This document shows positions 1-10,035 of a stretch of DNA of 64,000 nucleotides, piece by piece. A model generated the notes under the pieces. The model worked only from the letters and a program-made list of their open reading frames with translations, was not told the origin of the DNA and searched no databases. The stretch spans positions 1,008,326 through 1,072,325 of the forward strand of contig CAVPZX010000002.1 in NCBI GenBank assembly GCA_963710375.1, in the 5' to 3' direction. How positions within the stretch are numbered: the first letter of the stretch is position 1; the number at the start of each line of letters is the position of its first letter. The translations under genes and the position numbers were made by a program. Source of the DNA: Nitrospirota bacterium. Its GTDB lineage: Bacteria > Nitrospirota > Thermodesulfovibrionia > Thermodesulfovibrionales > Dissulfurispiraceae.

Positions 1-260
1 TCCTCGTTACTATCAAAATAAGGATAGTATTAAACAGCTACTCCTTTACTAATTGCTGTATATTGCTACCCTAAAAAAACTATCCGTATAATACTACCAA
101 TTAATTTTTTTTTCAATAGCCTCAGTGAGGTTTGCTATAAATATTCATGAAGGTAGCTTAGGTGGAAAGCACCTCTTGTCTATAGCTTCCTCAAGGGTAC
201 CACTGGTTTGCCTCTTAAGGCACATATAAGATTTTTAACGTTTTGAAGTATACAAATGAA

Positions 261-298
261 AAGCAGGGGGATCATCACATTTAATGATCCCCCTGCTT
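261..298 (-). terminator. Intrinsic terminator-like hairpin downstream of the sigma-like gene
   Basis: Perfect 15-bp inverted repeat AAGCAGGGGGATCAT / ATGATCCCCCTGCTT, followed on the minus strand by a T-rich tract. Confidence 0.7.
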
Positions 299-356
299 AT
301 AATGGAGGCTGGCGGGCCATGATTGCAAAATTTATTTTTAGCCTGACAAGGTCAGA

Positions 357-1016
357 TTAATTATAATTTTCCTTACAATCCATTTCTTCTGGGACCGATT
401 CAGCGATTAATTCCCAGTGCGGCTTCCGATAAATGGATTGGGGTTTAAATCTCGTGAAGTCTTGATACTCAAGTCCTTTCCGCCGGACGATGGCATTTAT
501 TTGAGACTTTGCTTTTTTGATTTTTCTCTCTGCTGTACTCTTAGAGCAGCTGAATTTTTTTGCTACCTGCTCGTACGTCAGTTTTTCGCCATAATACTTC
601 AGGAGCATCTGGCGTGTTTTCTTTTCGTGGCCTGCAAGCAGAGTATCAACAAATGTTTTGACTTGTGCCAACAATAGCCTGTTCAGGATATTTTCCGCTC
701 TTAAGGGATATTCATGCTGTCCGGAAAAACCACGGGGAGTAACTTCGTCACTATAGCATTCATCCTGAGGCGCGGCTAATTCTCCTATATCGTCAACATA
801 TACCTCTTTTCCCTTTCTCTTACGGTAATCACTTCTAACCTTATGACGAACTTTTCGGAGATGACATTTAAAAGCGTCTCCTCGTGTCATAGAAGGATCT
901 GCCCTGTAATAAAAAGTTTCCCTGCCCATCAGATATGTATCCGCAATGATGTCATGATTGTTTCTGCTGTAATATCCAAGCCCATAGGCTTTACCGAGCT
1001 CGTCATTATTGAGCAT
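357..1016 (-). CDS. Sigma70 region-4-like HTH protein (ECF sigma-like)
   Basis: C-terminal LKYYGEKLTYEQVAKKFSCSKSTAERKIKKAK resembles the sigma region 4 HTH; divergent from tnsA. Confidence 0.55.
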   Translation of the reverse strand: MLNNDELGKAYGLGYYSRNNHDIIADTYLMGRETFYYRADPSMTRGDAFKCHLRKVRHKVRSDYRKRKGKEVYVDDIGELAAPQDECYSDEVTPRGFSGQHEYPLRAENILNRLLLAQVKTFVDTLLAGHEKKTRQMLLKYYGEKLTYEQVAKKFSCSKSTAERKIKKAKSQINAIVRRKGLEYQDFTRFKPQSIYRKPHWELIAESVPEEMDCKENYN

Positions 1017-1252
1017 TAATTGCTTTCCTCCACAAGGCCCGCCAGCCTCAGGATTATATCCAAAGATAACATCCAGATATAAAATGTCCTTTTGGACATT
1101 TCAACAAATTGCTTCGGAAGAATCTTGCATGCTGCATTGCAATACCATGACAGGCAAGACAAAGGTATAGCGGAAAGGTATGTAACCAGACCCGGGGGAC
1201 TTTCCCATGGATCAGCGTTACCAAAGTTAAAACCAGCAATATCAAAGAACAT
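1016..1252 (-). CDS. Small hypothetical protein
   Basis: 78-aa ORF whose TAA overlaps the ATG of the sigma-like gene (TAATG coupling); no recognisable motif. Confidence 0.3.
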   Translation of the reverse strand: MFFDIAGFNFGNADPWESPPGLVTYLSAIPLSCLSWYCNAACKILPKQFVEMSKRTFYIWMLSLDIILRLAGLVEESN

Positions 1253-1479
1253 AAAAACGAATAATTATAGCAGAACTATTTTCTAAAAAAGAAGGGAAAT
1301 TTAGTCGTTTGAAGCCTTTCCGTAACTGATTGGAATATCGAATATAAATCATGCAGTTTAAAAAAGATGGGAAAAATTGTACTGCTGGCGTCCCTATATG
1401 AATAGGGTAATTTGTTTGTTTCTTCTGTTAATCAGGGAAGCACCCAAGATATTGGAATTTGCTTTTTGGAGCGGATTAA

Positions 1480-1498
1480 AGGTATCATAATGATACCT
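1480..1498. promoter_or_regulatory. Palindromic operator-like site in the divergent sigma-like/tnsA intergenic region
   Basis: AGGTATCAT-A-ATGATACCT perfect 9-bp inverted repeat overlapping a possible -10 (TTGCTT-N18-TATCAT). Confidence 0.4.
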
Positions 1499-1731
1499 AA
1501 AATATTTCGATGAATGCTGCATTTATTTTTGATAGTTCACTCTTATTTCTTCCAAATTTATTCAATGTGTATTCTTAGTTAATGACTTGCCGCCCCCTTT
1601 GTCTATCTTAAGTGAAATAACAAAGGGGAGAAGGTGCGCAAGCGAGGCTGGCAGTCCCGTTATTTCAAGTTCTATTCTCGTTTAATTGATGGGACCGTAT
1701 TAACAATCTATTTTGCAGGAGGTGCTGAGGA

Positions 1732-2379
1732 GTGTCGGTAAGAAGAATAACAAACGGCGGCAGGAAGGTGATTGGGAAATTCCCGAGTCTTAAGATGGGG
1801 AGGGCCGTATGGTGGGAGTCGCAGCTTGAGCGAGATTATATTTATTATTTGGAGGTGGACCGAGACATTGTTTCGTACAAAGAGCAGCCTCTGAAGATCC
1901 GCTATCTGCTGGATAGGAAAATTCACCACTATACACCGGACTTCCTGGTCTGGCGGACAGACAAACAACAAATAGTCGAGGTGAAGGATGAGGAAAGCGC
2001 CGGCAAGGAAGAGTACAGGCATTTGTTCCATATTGTTGCCCCGCTTTTCATGGAGGAAGGATATGAATTTGTGGTAGTGACTGAGAAGACAATTCGTCTC
2101 AGGCCTCTTCTGGATAATTTAAAACTGCTGCACAAATATTCCAGAACAATAATTTCGCATAAGCACCAGATTGACGCGTATGCTTTTTTCTCAAGCGACG
2201 AAGACGGTACGCTGGGAAAGTTGGCGTCCTTCCTCAGAGCCAAGGGATCAGGCGCTGAAATAGCCTATGCCCTAATTTATTGGGGTGTCATTGCGGTCAA
2301 CCTTGCAAATCCTATTAATTCACAAAGCCAGGTGAGCCTGGCGGATGCATCGATGTTAACAAAGGAGAAGTGCGCGTGA
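1732..2379 (+). CDS. tnsA: TnsA-like endonuclease
   Basis: GKFPSLK...WESQLERD...EQP...YTPDFLV...VEVK motifs of the TnsA PD-(D/E)xK nuclease; AGGAGG upstream. Confidence 0.9.
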   Translation: MSVRRITNGGRKVIGKFPSLKMGRAVWWESQLERDYIYYLEVDRDIVSYKEQPLKIRYLLDRKIHHYTPDFLVWRTDKQQIVEVKDEESAGKEEYRHLFHIVAPLFMEEGYEFVVVTEKTIRLRPLLDNLKLLHKYSRTIISHKHQIDAYAFFSSDEDGTLGKLASFLRAKGSGAEIAYALIYWGVIAVNLANPINSQSQVSLADASMLTKEKCA

Positions 2380-4349
2380 AAAATCACAGATTTGGGAAAG
2401 GGCAGAGGATTGCCATGGGAGGGCGTGAGTACATAATAGAAAGACGACTTCCTAACGGCGATCTTCAATTAAAAGACATTGTAACCAACACATATATGGC
2501 AAAAGCGGCGGGGGAGCTTGTTAATGCTTTATTTAATGGCAATTTGGCCATGGTCGCCGATGAGCAACTCATTCCGTATGTCAGAAAAAATAGTGCTCGC
2601 GTGCTTAATGCGGATTTCACCCAATTGCCCGAGAGCGACAGAGAGAAGGCTAAACGGAAATACGCCTACGTCATGGAAATAATTAAGCGGGGCCTGGACA
2701 GGATCACAAAGCAATCTGTCGAGCCGGTTGTTAGTGAAGTAAGCAAAGAACTTAATGATTGTGCACCCCCCTCGTGGATTCAAGTCTACCGGTGGCACAG
2801 GGATTTCATCATATCGGGGGAAAACATTCGTTCCCTCGCACCTCTGACAAAGGCAAGAGGAAACCATAAGATACGACTGTCGGAAGAAGTCACGGCTATA
2901 ATCGAAACCATAATCAATGAAAAATACCTTGATACGCAAAGGGCCTCTGTTCTATCGACTTATGATACGGTGATAGCCAGAATAGCTCATGAAAACCAGC
3001 TAAGGCCAAAAGACGACCAGATAACAAAACCGAGCCAGATGGTTCTTTATCGAGCTGTTGCCAAACTCGATCCCTATGAGGAGATGAAAGCGAGATATGG
3101 CAAAGCAGCAGCCGACTTGAAGTTCAACCCCGTCAAGCAAGGCATACGCCCTACCCGGGCGCTGGAGCGGGTGGAAATTGACCATACGAAGTTGGACCTC
3201 TTTGTTATAGACACTGAAAGGAAAATGCCCATTGGGCGGCCGTGGCTCACTACCGCAATTGACGTTTATACAAAGTGTATAGCCGGCATGTATGTCAGCT
3301 TTAATCCGCCTTCTTATCTGTCGGTTATGCAGTGCATGCGCCATGCGATAACACCCAAAGCATACGTTAAGCAGCGGTACCCGGAGATTCGGCATGAATG
3401 GGGTGCCTACGGCAAAATGGAAAGTGTCGTGGTTGATAACGGGAAGGAGTTCCACAGCACACATTTTGAAGACGCATGCCTCCAGCTTGGGATTGTCCTT
3501 CAGTACGCGCCGATCAAACTTGCTTGGTACAAACCGAGCATCGAGAGATATTTCGGTACATTGAACACCAGATTGCTTCACCAACAGCCTGGCACGTCTT
3601 TCTCGAACATCGTTGATAAGGGAGATTATGACCCCAGGGAAAACGCAATTATCGACTTCAATACCCTCATGTCAGTGCTGCATAAATGGATTGTGGATGT
3701 TTACCATTACGATGAACATAGAGGCATACATGATATCCCGGCGCTTAGATGGGAAAAAGCGATAGAGGAATTCCCGCCGGCCCTCCCTTCCTGCAGGGAA
3801 GAACTTGATGTCATGCTCGGCATGATTGAAAAAAGGGTAATCTCCAAATCCGGGATCGAGCTCCACGGCCTTTTTTATAACGACGAGAGCCTTGCCCTGT
3901 TGCGCCGCAGGAGGAAAGAAGAGGGGAAGGTGACGGTCAAGTTCGATCCTGGCGACCTTTCGATGATCCATGTTTTCGATGAAGACAGCAATACTTTTAT
4001 TCCTGTGCCGGCTCAGGCTGTCACATATAGTGAAGGCCTGACCCTCTGGCAACACAATGTAATCAGGAGATATACCCGCAATTATATCGATGAGAACTGC
4101 GATATAATCTCCCTGGCCCTTGCAAAAGAAGAGATTCAGAGGATGGTCGAGAATGCATGGAACAGCAGCAAAAAAAACGGGACTCGCCAAAAGGCGGCGC
4201 GCTGGCTGAATCTTTCTCAAGAAAATCAGCTTGAGACCTCATTACAGGCGGATGCCTTCGGGGGGTCGGCAAGGTTACCGCTGACAAAGCCGGTTCGACG
4301 GGCTTGTTATGCCGGCAGCGAGCGTGCATCCGCTAAACCGCATATCTGA
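2376..4349 (+). CDS. tnsB: TnsB DDE transposase (Mu/Tn7 family); C-terminal tail probably continues in 4309-4629 after a frameshift
   Basis: VEIDHT, GRPWLTTAIDVYT, VVDNGKEF and KPSIERYF give the DDE triad; GTG at 2376 overlaps the tnsA stop and follows AGGAG. Confidence 0.92.
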   Translation: MKNHRFGKGQRIAMGGREYIIERRLPNGDLQLKDIVTNTYMAKAAGELVNALFNGNLAMVADEQLIPYVRKNSARVLNADFTQLPESDREKAKRKYAYVMEIIKRGLDRITKQSVEPVVSEVSKELNDCAPPSWIQVYRWHRDFIISGENIRSLAPLTKARGNHKIRLSEEVTAIIETIINEKYLDTQRASVLSTYDTVIARIAHENQLRPKDDQITKPSQMVLYRAVAKLDPYEEMKARYGKAAADLKFNPVKQGIRPTRALERVEIDHTKLDLFVIDTERKMPIGRPWLTTAIDVYTKCIAGMYVSFNPPSYLSVMQCMRHAITPKAYVKQRYPEIRHEWGAYGKMESVVVDNGKEFHSTHFEDACLQLGIVLQYAPIKLAWYKPSIERYFGTLNTRLLHQQPGTSFSNIVDKGDYDPRENAIIDFNTLMSVLHKWIVDVYHYDEHRGIHDIPALRWEKAIEEFPPALPSCREELDVMLGMIEKRVISKSGIELHGLFYNDESLALLRRRRKEEGKVTVKFDPGDLSMIHVFDEDSNTFIPVPAQAVTYSEGLTLWQHNVIRRYTRNYIDENCDIISLALAKEEIQRMVENAWNSSKKNGTRQKAARWLNLSQENQLETSLQADAFGGSARLPLTKPVRRACYAGSERASAKPHI

Positions 4350-4629
4350 TGTGGGAACAGCCATTTGTTGCGACAATTCTGAAGACTCGAGAGAAGCAGA
4401 AGAAGGCATCGTGATAACGAAGGAACCGATCAGAAAGAAAATGGGCGCTTTAAAAAAGGGAGCGGGAAGGCCGAAGAAAGAATTATCTGTTGTTAATGGT
4501 GCCGCAAAGAAGGCGGGCGACCAAAGAATTAAAGGCACTTCATCCTTTGCCGCAACCTCGATTAATGTTGAAGAGCACAGCGATTTGTCAGAATGGGATT
4601 ACAGTTACGCCATGCCCGGGAGGGCATAA
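4309..4629 (+). pseudogene. Probable frameshifted C-terminal tail of TnsB
   Basis: Low-complexity charged ORF ending DLSEWDYSYAMP, 3 bp before tnsC; +1 frame open from 4285. Confidence 0.5.
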
Positions 4630-4632
4630 GTA

Positions 4633-5694
4633 ATGACGCAGGGAAACGCTTTGAAAGTTGAGGATGTTTGCGGGATGGGAAAGCCCCTGGAGGTTAAGAA
4701 AGATTTTGGTGCTATGACAATGAAAGAGAGGGTCAACCTCATAGAGCATATTTTTATTTCTCACCCCCAGCTTAAGAATATTGTGAAGAAAATAGATGAA
4801 TGCCATCAGGACTCCAAGGTATCAATTGAGCCCAAATGCCTTTTCATAACCGGGAGGCCCGGCTGCGGCAAAACGACGATCGCAAGGTTTTATGAAAGCC
4901 GTTATCCGCGCAGGGCTACGGTTGGAGGTGCGGAGATTCCCGTGCTCTCCTCGACAATTTTCTCACCGGCAACAGTGAAAGGGATGGCGACGGGCCTGCT
5001 TTATAGTTTGGGCGACCCCATTGCGGATAAGGGAACAATAACCAGCCAAACAATCAGGTTATACAAAATGATCAAAGACTGCAAAACGGAGGTAATTGTT
5101 CTCGATGAATTCCAGCATCTTATTGATAAGGATTCGAACAAGGTCCTTCAAGTCGCTGCAGATTGGTTGAAGAATCTTCTAAACAACACCGCTGTCCCCA
5201 TGGTGTTGATCGGCATGCCGTCATCGGTAAAGATACTCGACGCGAACGAGCAACTGAGGCGACGTTTCCTGAACAGGATGTGCCTCAACCCGTTTGGATG
5301 GAATACGCCTCGGGAACAAAGGGATTTCATCACATTGTTGAAGTTCATAGAAAAGGCATTGCCGCTCAAAGAGATATCGGGACTCTATTCTTACGAGACA
5401 GCTTTCCGGCTTTATTGCGCATCGCGGGGAGTCATTTCCAACCTCATGAAGATTGTGCGCAAGGCTGCAATATTAGCGATCAGAAAAGGCCAGGAAAGAA
5501 TATCTCATGACTTGCTTATCGTGGCTTATGAAGATGAGATGGAGGAGAGTAGTGTTGCAGCAGACAACCCGTTTCTGCTTGATGTCGATAAGCTAACGGC
5601 GCCGCTCCTTGAGCAGAATGACGAGAAAGGACTTGGAAAAAGCGTCCGCGGGAGGACAGGCGTAAAACTCGCTGACGTGTTAAGCACAAGGTAG
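4633..5694 (+). CDS. tnsC: TnsC/TniB AAA+ ATPase
   Basis: Walker A GRPGCGKT, Walker B IVLDEFQHL, WLKNLLN, QLRRRF arginine finger. Confidence 0.92.
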   Translation: MTQGNALKVEDVCGMGKPLEVKKDFGAMTMKERVNLIEHIFISHPQLKNIVKKIDECHQDSKVSIEPKCLFITGRPGCGKTTIARFYESRYPRRATVGGAEIPVLSSTIFSPATVKGMATGLLYSLGDPIADKGTITSQTIRLYKMIKDCKTEVIVLDEFQHLIDKDSNKVLQVAADWLKNLLNNTAVPMVLIGMPSSVKILDANEQLRRRFLNRMCLNPFGWNTPREQRDFITLLKFIEKALPLKEISGLYSYETAFRLYCASRGVISNLMKIVRKAAILAIRKGQERISHDLLIVAYEDEMEESSVAADNPFLLDVDKLTAPLLEQNDEKGLGKSVRGRTGVKLADVLSTR

Positions 5695-5708
5695 GGGGAA
5701 TTTAAGAT

Positions 5709-7616
5709 ATGAGTGGAAAAATTACATTGCTCAGAATACTTAGGCCTCATAACGATGAGAGTTTCCCGGGTTTTCTTTTAAGGCTTGCGGAGGCGAACGG
5801 GTATGAGAGGTTTTCCTGGATATTGCAGATGGCTGGAATAACACACCCGGTAAATTATTTGCCGGATCCGGACCCATTAAAGGACAGGATAGATTTAAGC
5901 GAGCTTTCTAATATAACTAATGTCAGCGCGGAAGATCTGGGGTCGTTACTTTTCGAGCGACATGATGGGGGCAGACACTTCAAGCAGTTCGAGATTTTTG
6001 GGCAGGCGGTTCCCCGGTATATGGTGAGGTTTTCGAGGACAAAAGTTTGCCCAGCATGTCTGAAAGAGGCTAACTATAGCCGTAAAATATGGGACCTTGC
6101 GCCGGTGACTGTGTGCCCCATTCATAAATGTTTTCTTTATGACGTATGCCCGAATTGCTTGAGTCCCATTACATGGAACCGGGCTCATGTGAGTATCTGT
6201 AACTGCACGTACGATTTCCGGGAGGCTCCGCTGTTAAAAGTTAGAGAAGAGAATTTATCATTGGCAAAGTATATTTATTACCTATGTGGCATGCCGCTGC
6301 CCGGTGAGATCGTTCAAAGCGATAATCCTTTATATGCTCTGGATCTGCAGCATCTGCTGCTTGCCGTCTTTTTTATAGCGGGGCAACTCCACGGCTTTAC
6401 GGAGACAACGGGCAAATTCTCCGCGCCCTCTTCCCGAAATATAGTTCTTCTACATTCACTTGCCGAAGCATTCCAGGTTTTTGAAAATTGGCCCCATAAC
6501 TTCAACGCGTTCCTTGTAGGCTTGAGGGACCGGTATAACGTTTATGAAGGATCGACAGGGCTTAATGCGGATTTCGGGTAGTTTTACGAGTATATTTATA
6601 AGAATTTCGCCTCTTCAAAATTTCAGTTTATTAGGAGCGCATATGAAAAGTACTTGAGCGAACAATGGGATGGGGGATATCTATCGGCGAAATGTAAGTT
6701 CCTGACCAGGCGAGGCATTAGCCACAAGAAATTTGTCACTAGAATAAAAGCTCAGGAGATACTGCATGTTAAGGAAAAGGAAATTGATCGACTGCTTAAA
6801 ACTGGGGAGTTGTTTGGCATTACGAAAAAAATGAAATCCAGAACGATGTATTTGATCGACGTCAATAGCGTCAAAAGAGTAAGAGAGGCAAATAAAGAAC
6901 ATATGCGCCTCAAAGAAGTAGTGGGTTTCCTGGGAATAGGAGAAAAGACAATAATGGAGTTGGGCCGAGCAAAAATATTATGCATATATAACCGGGAGGT
7001 AAATAATTCCCTATGCTGGACTTTTAAGCGCACGGATGTCATATCCCTAATGCAAAAATTTGAGGAACTTGCAGAGGGAAATGAAAGCTGCTCGCTGAAA
7101 CGAATAACTTTTTCTACCTGTTTGAGAAAGCTTTCCGGCGGCAAAGTGGGATTAATAGAGTTGGTGAAGGCTGTTCTGGCTGGGGATACCCGCCCCTGCG
7201 GGAAAGGCCCGGGAAGAGGATTGCGCAGTTACCTTTTTTATGACAAGGACATTAATGAATTAGTGAGGGCTAATAGAGAAAAAAATAGGGGTAATCTGTA
7301 TTCCGTTACGGAAGCGTCGGAAATGCTTGGCCTCAAGGAGGAAGTTGTCTATTTTTTGACAAAGAAGGGAATTATTCCGGTCGAGAGGGTAACTAATGGG
7401 CAGAAAACGGCGGTTTTTGTGACCAAGGAATCAATTAGTAACTTTGAAGACACATACACAACCTTGTCTTCACTTGCCAAGGATAATTATACGTCTCCCA
7501 AACGCCTTGCACTCGCGCTAATGGATAAAGGGATATCGCCTGTCTCGGGCCCCCTGATTGACAGTGGAAGACAATACATATTTAAGAGAACTGATCTCCA
7601 ACGGTATGCTGCGTAA
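5709..7616 (+). pseudogene. tniQ: TniQ/TnsD-like target selector (~635 codons) interrupted by in-frame TAG at 6579-6581
   Basis: N-terminal DESFPGFLLRLAEANG and Zn ligands CPAC...W...CPIH...CPNC...C-C. ORFs 5709-6581 and 6654-7616 are in the same frame with one stop between them (ADFG*FYEYIYKNF...). C-terminal part has repeated HTH-like segments. Confidence 0.8.
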
Positions 7617-7734
7617 AGGAAGAGGTTAGATGTTTAGAATAGATATGTTGGAAATGCTGCTTATCTAAAAGGAGACGGCTTTCAGGGTTGTTAATGACGA
7701 AACGATATCTGGATTTTGAAGATGAAACGATCCA

Positions 7735-8286
7735 ATGAAATGGAAAGAGGAGAAAGAAATGGTCAGAAAAGAAAAGACATACAGGTTTTTAGCCATAGCA
7801 TATAATGTCGAACCCGAAACAGTTGACTACAAGACAGTCCGGTTGATGAGGATCAAAGCATTTCGATCCGACACAGCAGAAAAAATCGCAAACAGGCGAA
7901 TCGCGAAGCTGGAGAAGCGGACAGGCTGCGAGTGGACACTCCACAGGGAACCAGGCAAAGTATCGGACCGCGCAGAGCGGAGGCTCAGGGCAGTCAGATT
8001 TCTAAGCCGGGCAAATGATTGTATCTTGGAGAGTATTAAATCGCGGAAAGATCTCCGAGGCGAGATTGATAACATGTCAAAGACAGCGGAATATACGTCT
8101 GCAAAATATCCTGAACAGATACTCATGAAAGTCGCGTTGCTGCGTCGGAAGATTGGAGATACGGAATTACTTCGGGAAGCCAGCGAGCTCGCCTCCTTGG
8201 CCTCGTTGGCGTCGGCTGGGAAGCTGCGGCCTCCAGTTAACAAAGGGAAGTTGCTCTCGGATATAATAATTGAGGATCGCCAGTGA
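7735..8286 (+). CDS. Hypothetical basic protein (transposon cargo)
   Basis: 183-aa ORF; GAGGAG precedes the second Met; no recognisable motif. Confidence 0.5.
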   Translation: MKWKEEKEMVRKEKTYRFLAIAYNVEPETVDYKTVRLMRIKAFRSDTAEKIANRRIAKLEKRTGCEWTLHREPGKVSDRAERRLRAVRFLSRANDCILESIKSRKDLRGEIDNMSKTAEYTSAKYPEQILMKVALLRRKIGDTELLREASELASLASLASAGKLRPPVNKGKLLSDIIIEDRQ

Positions 8287-8347
8287 GTGCTTCCGACATA
8301 GCCACGATGATAATGCTGGAATTTTCTAATTATCAGTGGCACTATAA

Positions 8348-8869
8348 ATGAGGGTAGCTCCCGGGAGAAAAAAAGCTTTACCTGTGGATATGGACGAATC
8401 TCAGTTAAATCGCCTCAGAAGTTATGCATGGAACTACTTTGCTTATCATGCAGAGCAGAGAATTAAGACTTTTAACTTTTATATTATTCTTGTAGCAGTA
8501 ATCATCGGCGGCTGCGGAACAGCTCTATCTAATATAAATAAAGAATACTTTAGATTGCTTCTTTCTCTTCTCGGGTTCCTTCTCACAATTATTTCAGTCG
8601 CGTTCGCTTTCCTCGATCGAAGAAATAAGGAATTAGTTCGAAATGGTGAAGCTGCATTAAGGTACCTTGACGAATTCGAAGAACTACCAAGCGAAGGATC
8701 TGCGCCGCATGTTTTACAATTATTTTCAAGGGATGATCATATCTGTTCGAATAAGCCGAAAGGTCTATCCATCAGGGCTCATATTTCTTACTCCCACGTA
8801 TTTAGGAGTATTTTTCTTGTTTTTGGCGTGATAGGCCTGATTATAGGCATAGCGTGTTTGATATATTGA
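8348..8869 (+). CDS. Three-TM membrane protein (transposon cargo)
   Basis: AWNYFAYHAEQRIKTFNFY followed by two hydrophobic helices and a C-terminal TM helix. Confidence 0.7.
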   Translation: MRVAPGRKKALPVDMDESQLNRLRSYAWNYFAYHAEQRIKTFNFYIILVAVIIGGCGTALSNINKEYFRLLLSLLGFLLTIISVAFAFLDRRNKELVRNGEAALRYLDEFEELPSEGSAPHVLQLFSRDDHICSNKPKGLSIRAHISYSHVFRSIFLVFGVIGLIIGIACLIY

Positions 8870-9018
8870 GACTGGAGCTCAGGCAAGATTTTAGCGGCAT
8901 ATGGTTTTGACACTTTTGGGTACTAATTAGGTATCGAATGGTGACCCATTAACTGTCCCGCAGGAGAAGCTGTTATGATGTCCAAACAGATCGGAAGATA
9001 AGAAAGGGTGTATTACTC

Positions 9019-10035
9019 ATGACCCCCAAACCTCTTCGTATAGGCAATGCGGCACATAGGTTTAAGACATATGTAACGCCAGATTATGTATCAATTTCAG
9101 ATGGAGAAATAGCTCATTTTGAGACTTTTCTACGATTCCTTTACGAAAAGTATTTAGAGGGAAGTGTATTGCTTACCTACAGAGGAGAAGATTTTAGAAA
9201 TATTACGCGTAGATTAACCAACATCACAGTCCCCGATATAGAAATTTACAATCGAGCTTTCTATTTTGGCGATAAAGCAAGGCACTACCAATCGGATGTT
9301 TTTAATCCTGATAGCAGGAATTTTCTTACGGGTATAAATGACTCATCTGAGTCAACCATTGCGTATATTTTTAGCCGCATAAATAATGTTGTTACGTCAG
9401 AAAGCAATCTGAGAAGATTGGTATCTCAGAAATTTAGTAAGTTTTTCTCAAAAAATGATAATAAAGAACAATTTGTTTTGGCTATAAATCGCTGTGATAG
9501 CGAGGAAGAGAAGGTTAAGTTACGTGATTACTACCTTTATTTCTTGCATACTGCCGGGTCAAAAGGTATAAGAAAAGAGGCGTTCTTTGTTTCAACATCC
9601 TCAAGTAAGGTTGTTGCACGCGGCTTCGCCCGAAATCGCAAACTAATTTTTCATTATTATATTCCTCAACCGTATTATTGTCATGCTGTTGCACCTTGGA
9701 TTATTGAAGAACATCAACATATAGTAAATAAGCGGAAGCTGCCTATCTATCAACCTTTCGGACTTTTCGCTAACCAGACAGAAGTAGCAGTTAAAGGGGC
9801 TTTGTTTCCTCAATTCTTATATGGTATCGAATTGGTTGAGGGTAATCAATTGATGGTGAATCCTCATATTCTTTCCTTGAGAAAGAATCAGTTCAAGGAA
9901 GCTATAAAAACTGGCGTGACAATTGATCAGAGTGATTTTCATAATAAAATATTTCAAACTGGTTTTATTCGTTGGGTTCAAGCAGACGAAAACGGCCATT
10001 ACGAGCAGCATGACCTCTGTCATCACATGATATAG
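9019..10035 (+). CDS. Putative R-S-E clade ADP-ribosyltransferase-like protein
   Basis: TYRG, FVSTSSSKVVARGFA and NQTEV appear in the order expected for the R / STS / QxE motifs; AT-rich. Confidence 0.55.
   Translation: MTPKPLRIGNAAHRFKTYVTPDYVSISDGEIAHFETFLRFLYEKYLEGSVLLTYRGEDFRNITRRLTNITVPDIEIYNRAFYFGDKARHYQSDVFNPDSRNFLTGINDSSESTIAYIFSRINNVVTSESNLRRLVSQKFSKFFSKNDNKEQFVLAINRCDSEEEKVKLRDYYLYFLHTAGSKGIRKEAFFVSTSSSKVVARGFARNRKLIFHYYIPQPYYCHAVAPWIIEEHQHIVNKRKLPIYQPFGLFANQTEVAVKGALFPQFLYGIELVEGNQLMVNPHILSLRKNQFKEAIKTGVTIDQSDFHNKIFQTGFIRWVQADENGHYEQHDLCHHMI

Noticed and set aside
2529..4538. Antisense ORFs of 87-194 aa within tnsB, and similar shadow ORFs in glgP, the kinase and the sugar operon
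   Set aside because: They lie opposite well-supported genes and have no motifs or RBS.
6579..6581. Pyrrolysine or genome-wide TAG recoding
   Set aside because: TAG is used as a normal stop nearby (tnsC 5694, SDR 24814, M50 protease 34693, rpoD), and no pyl genes are visible.
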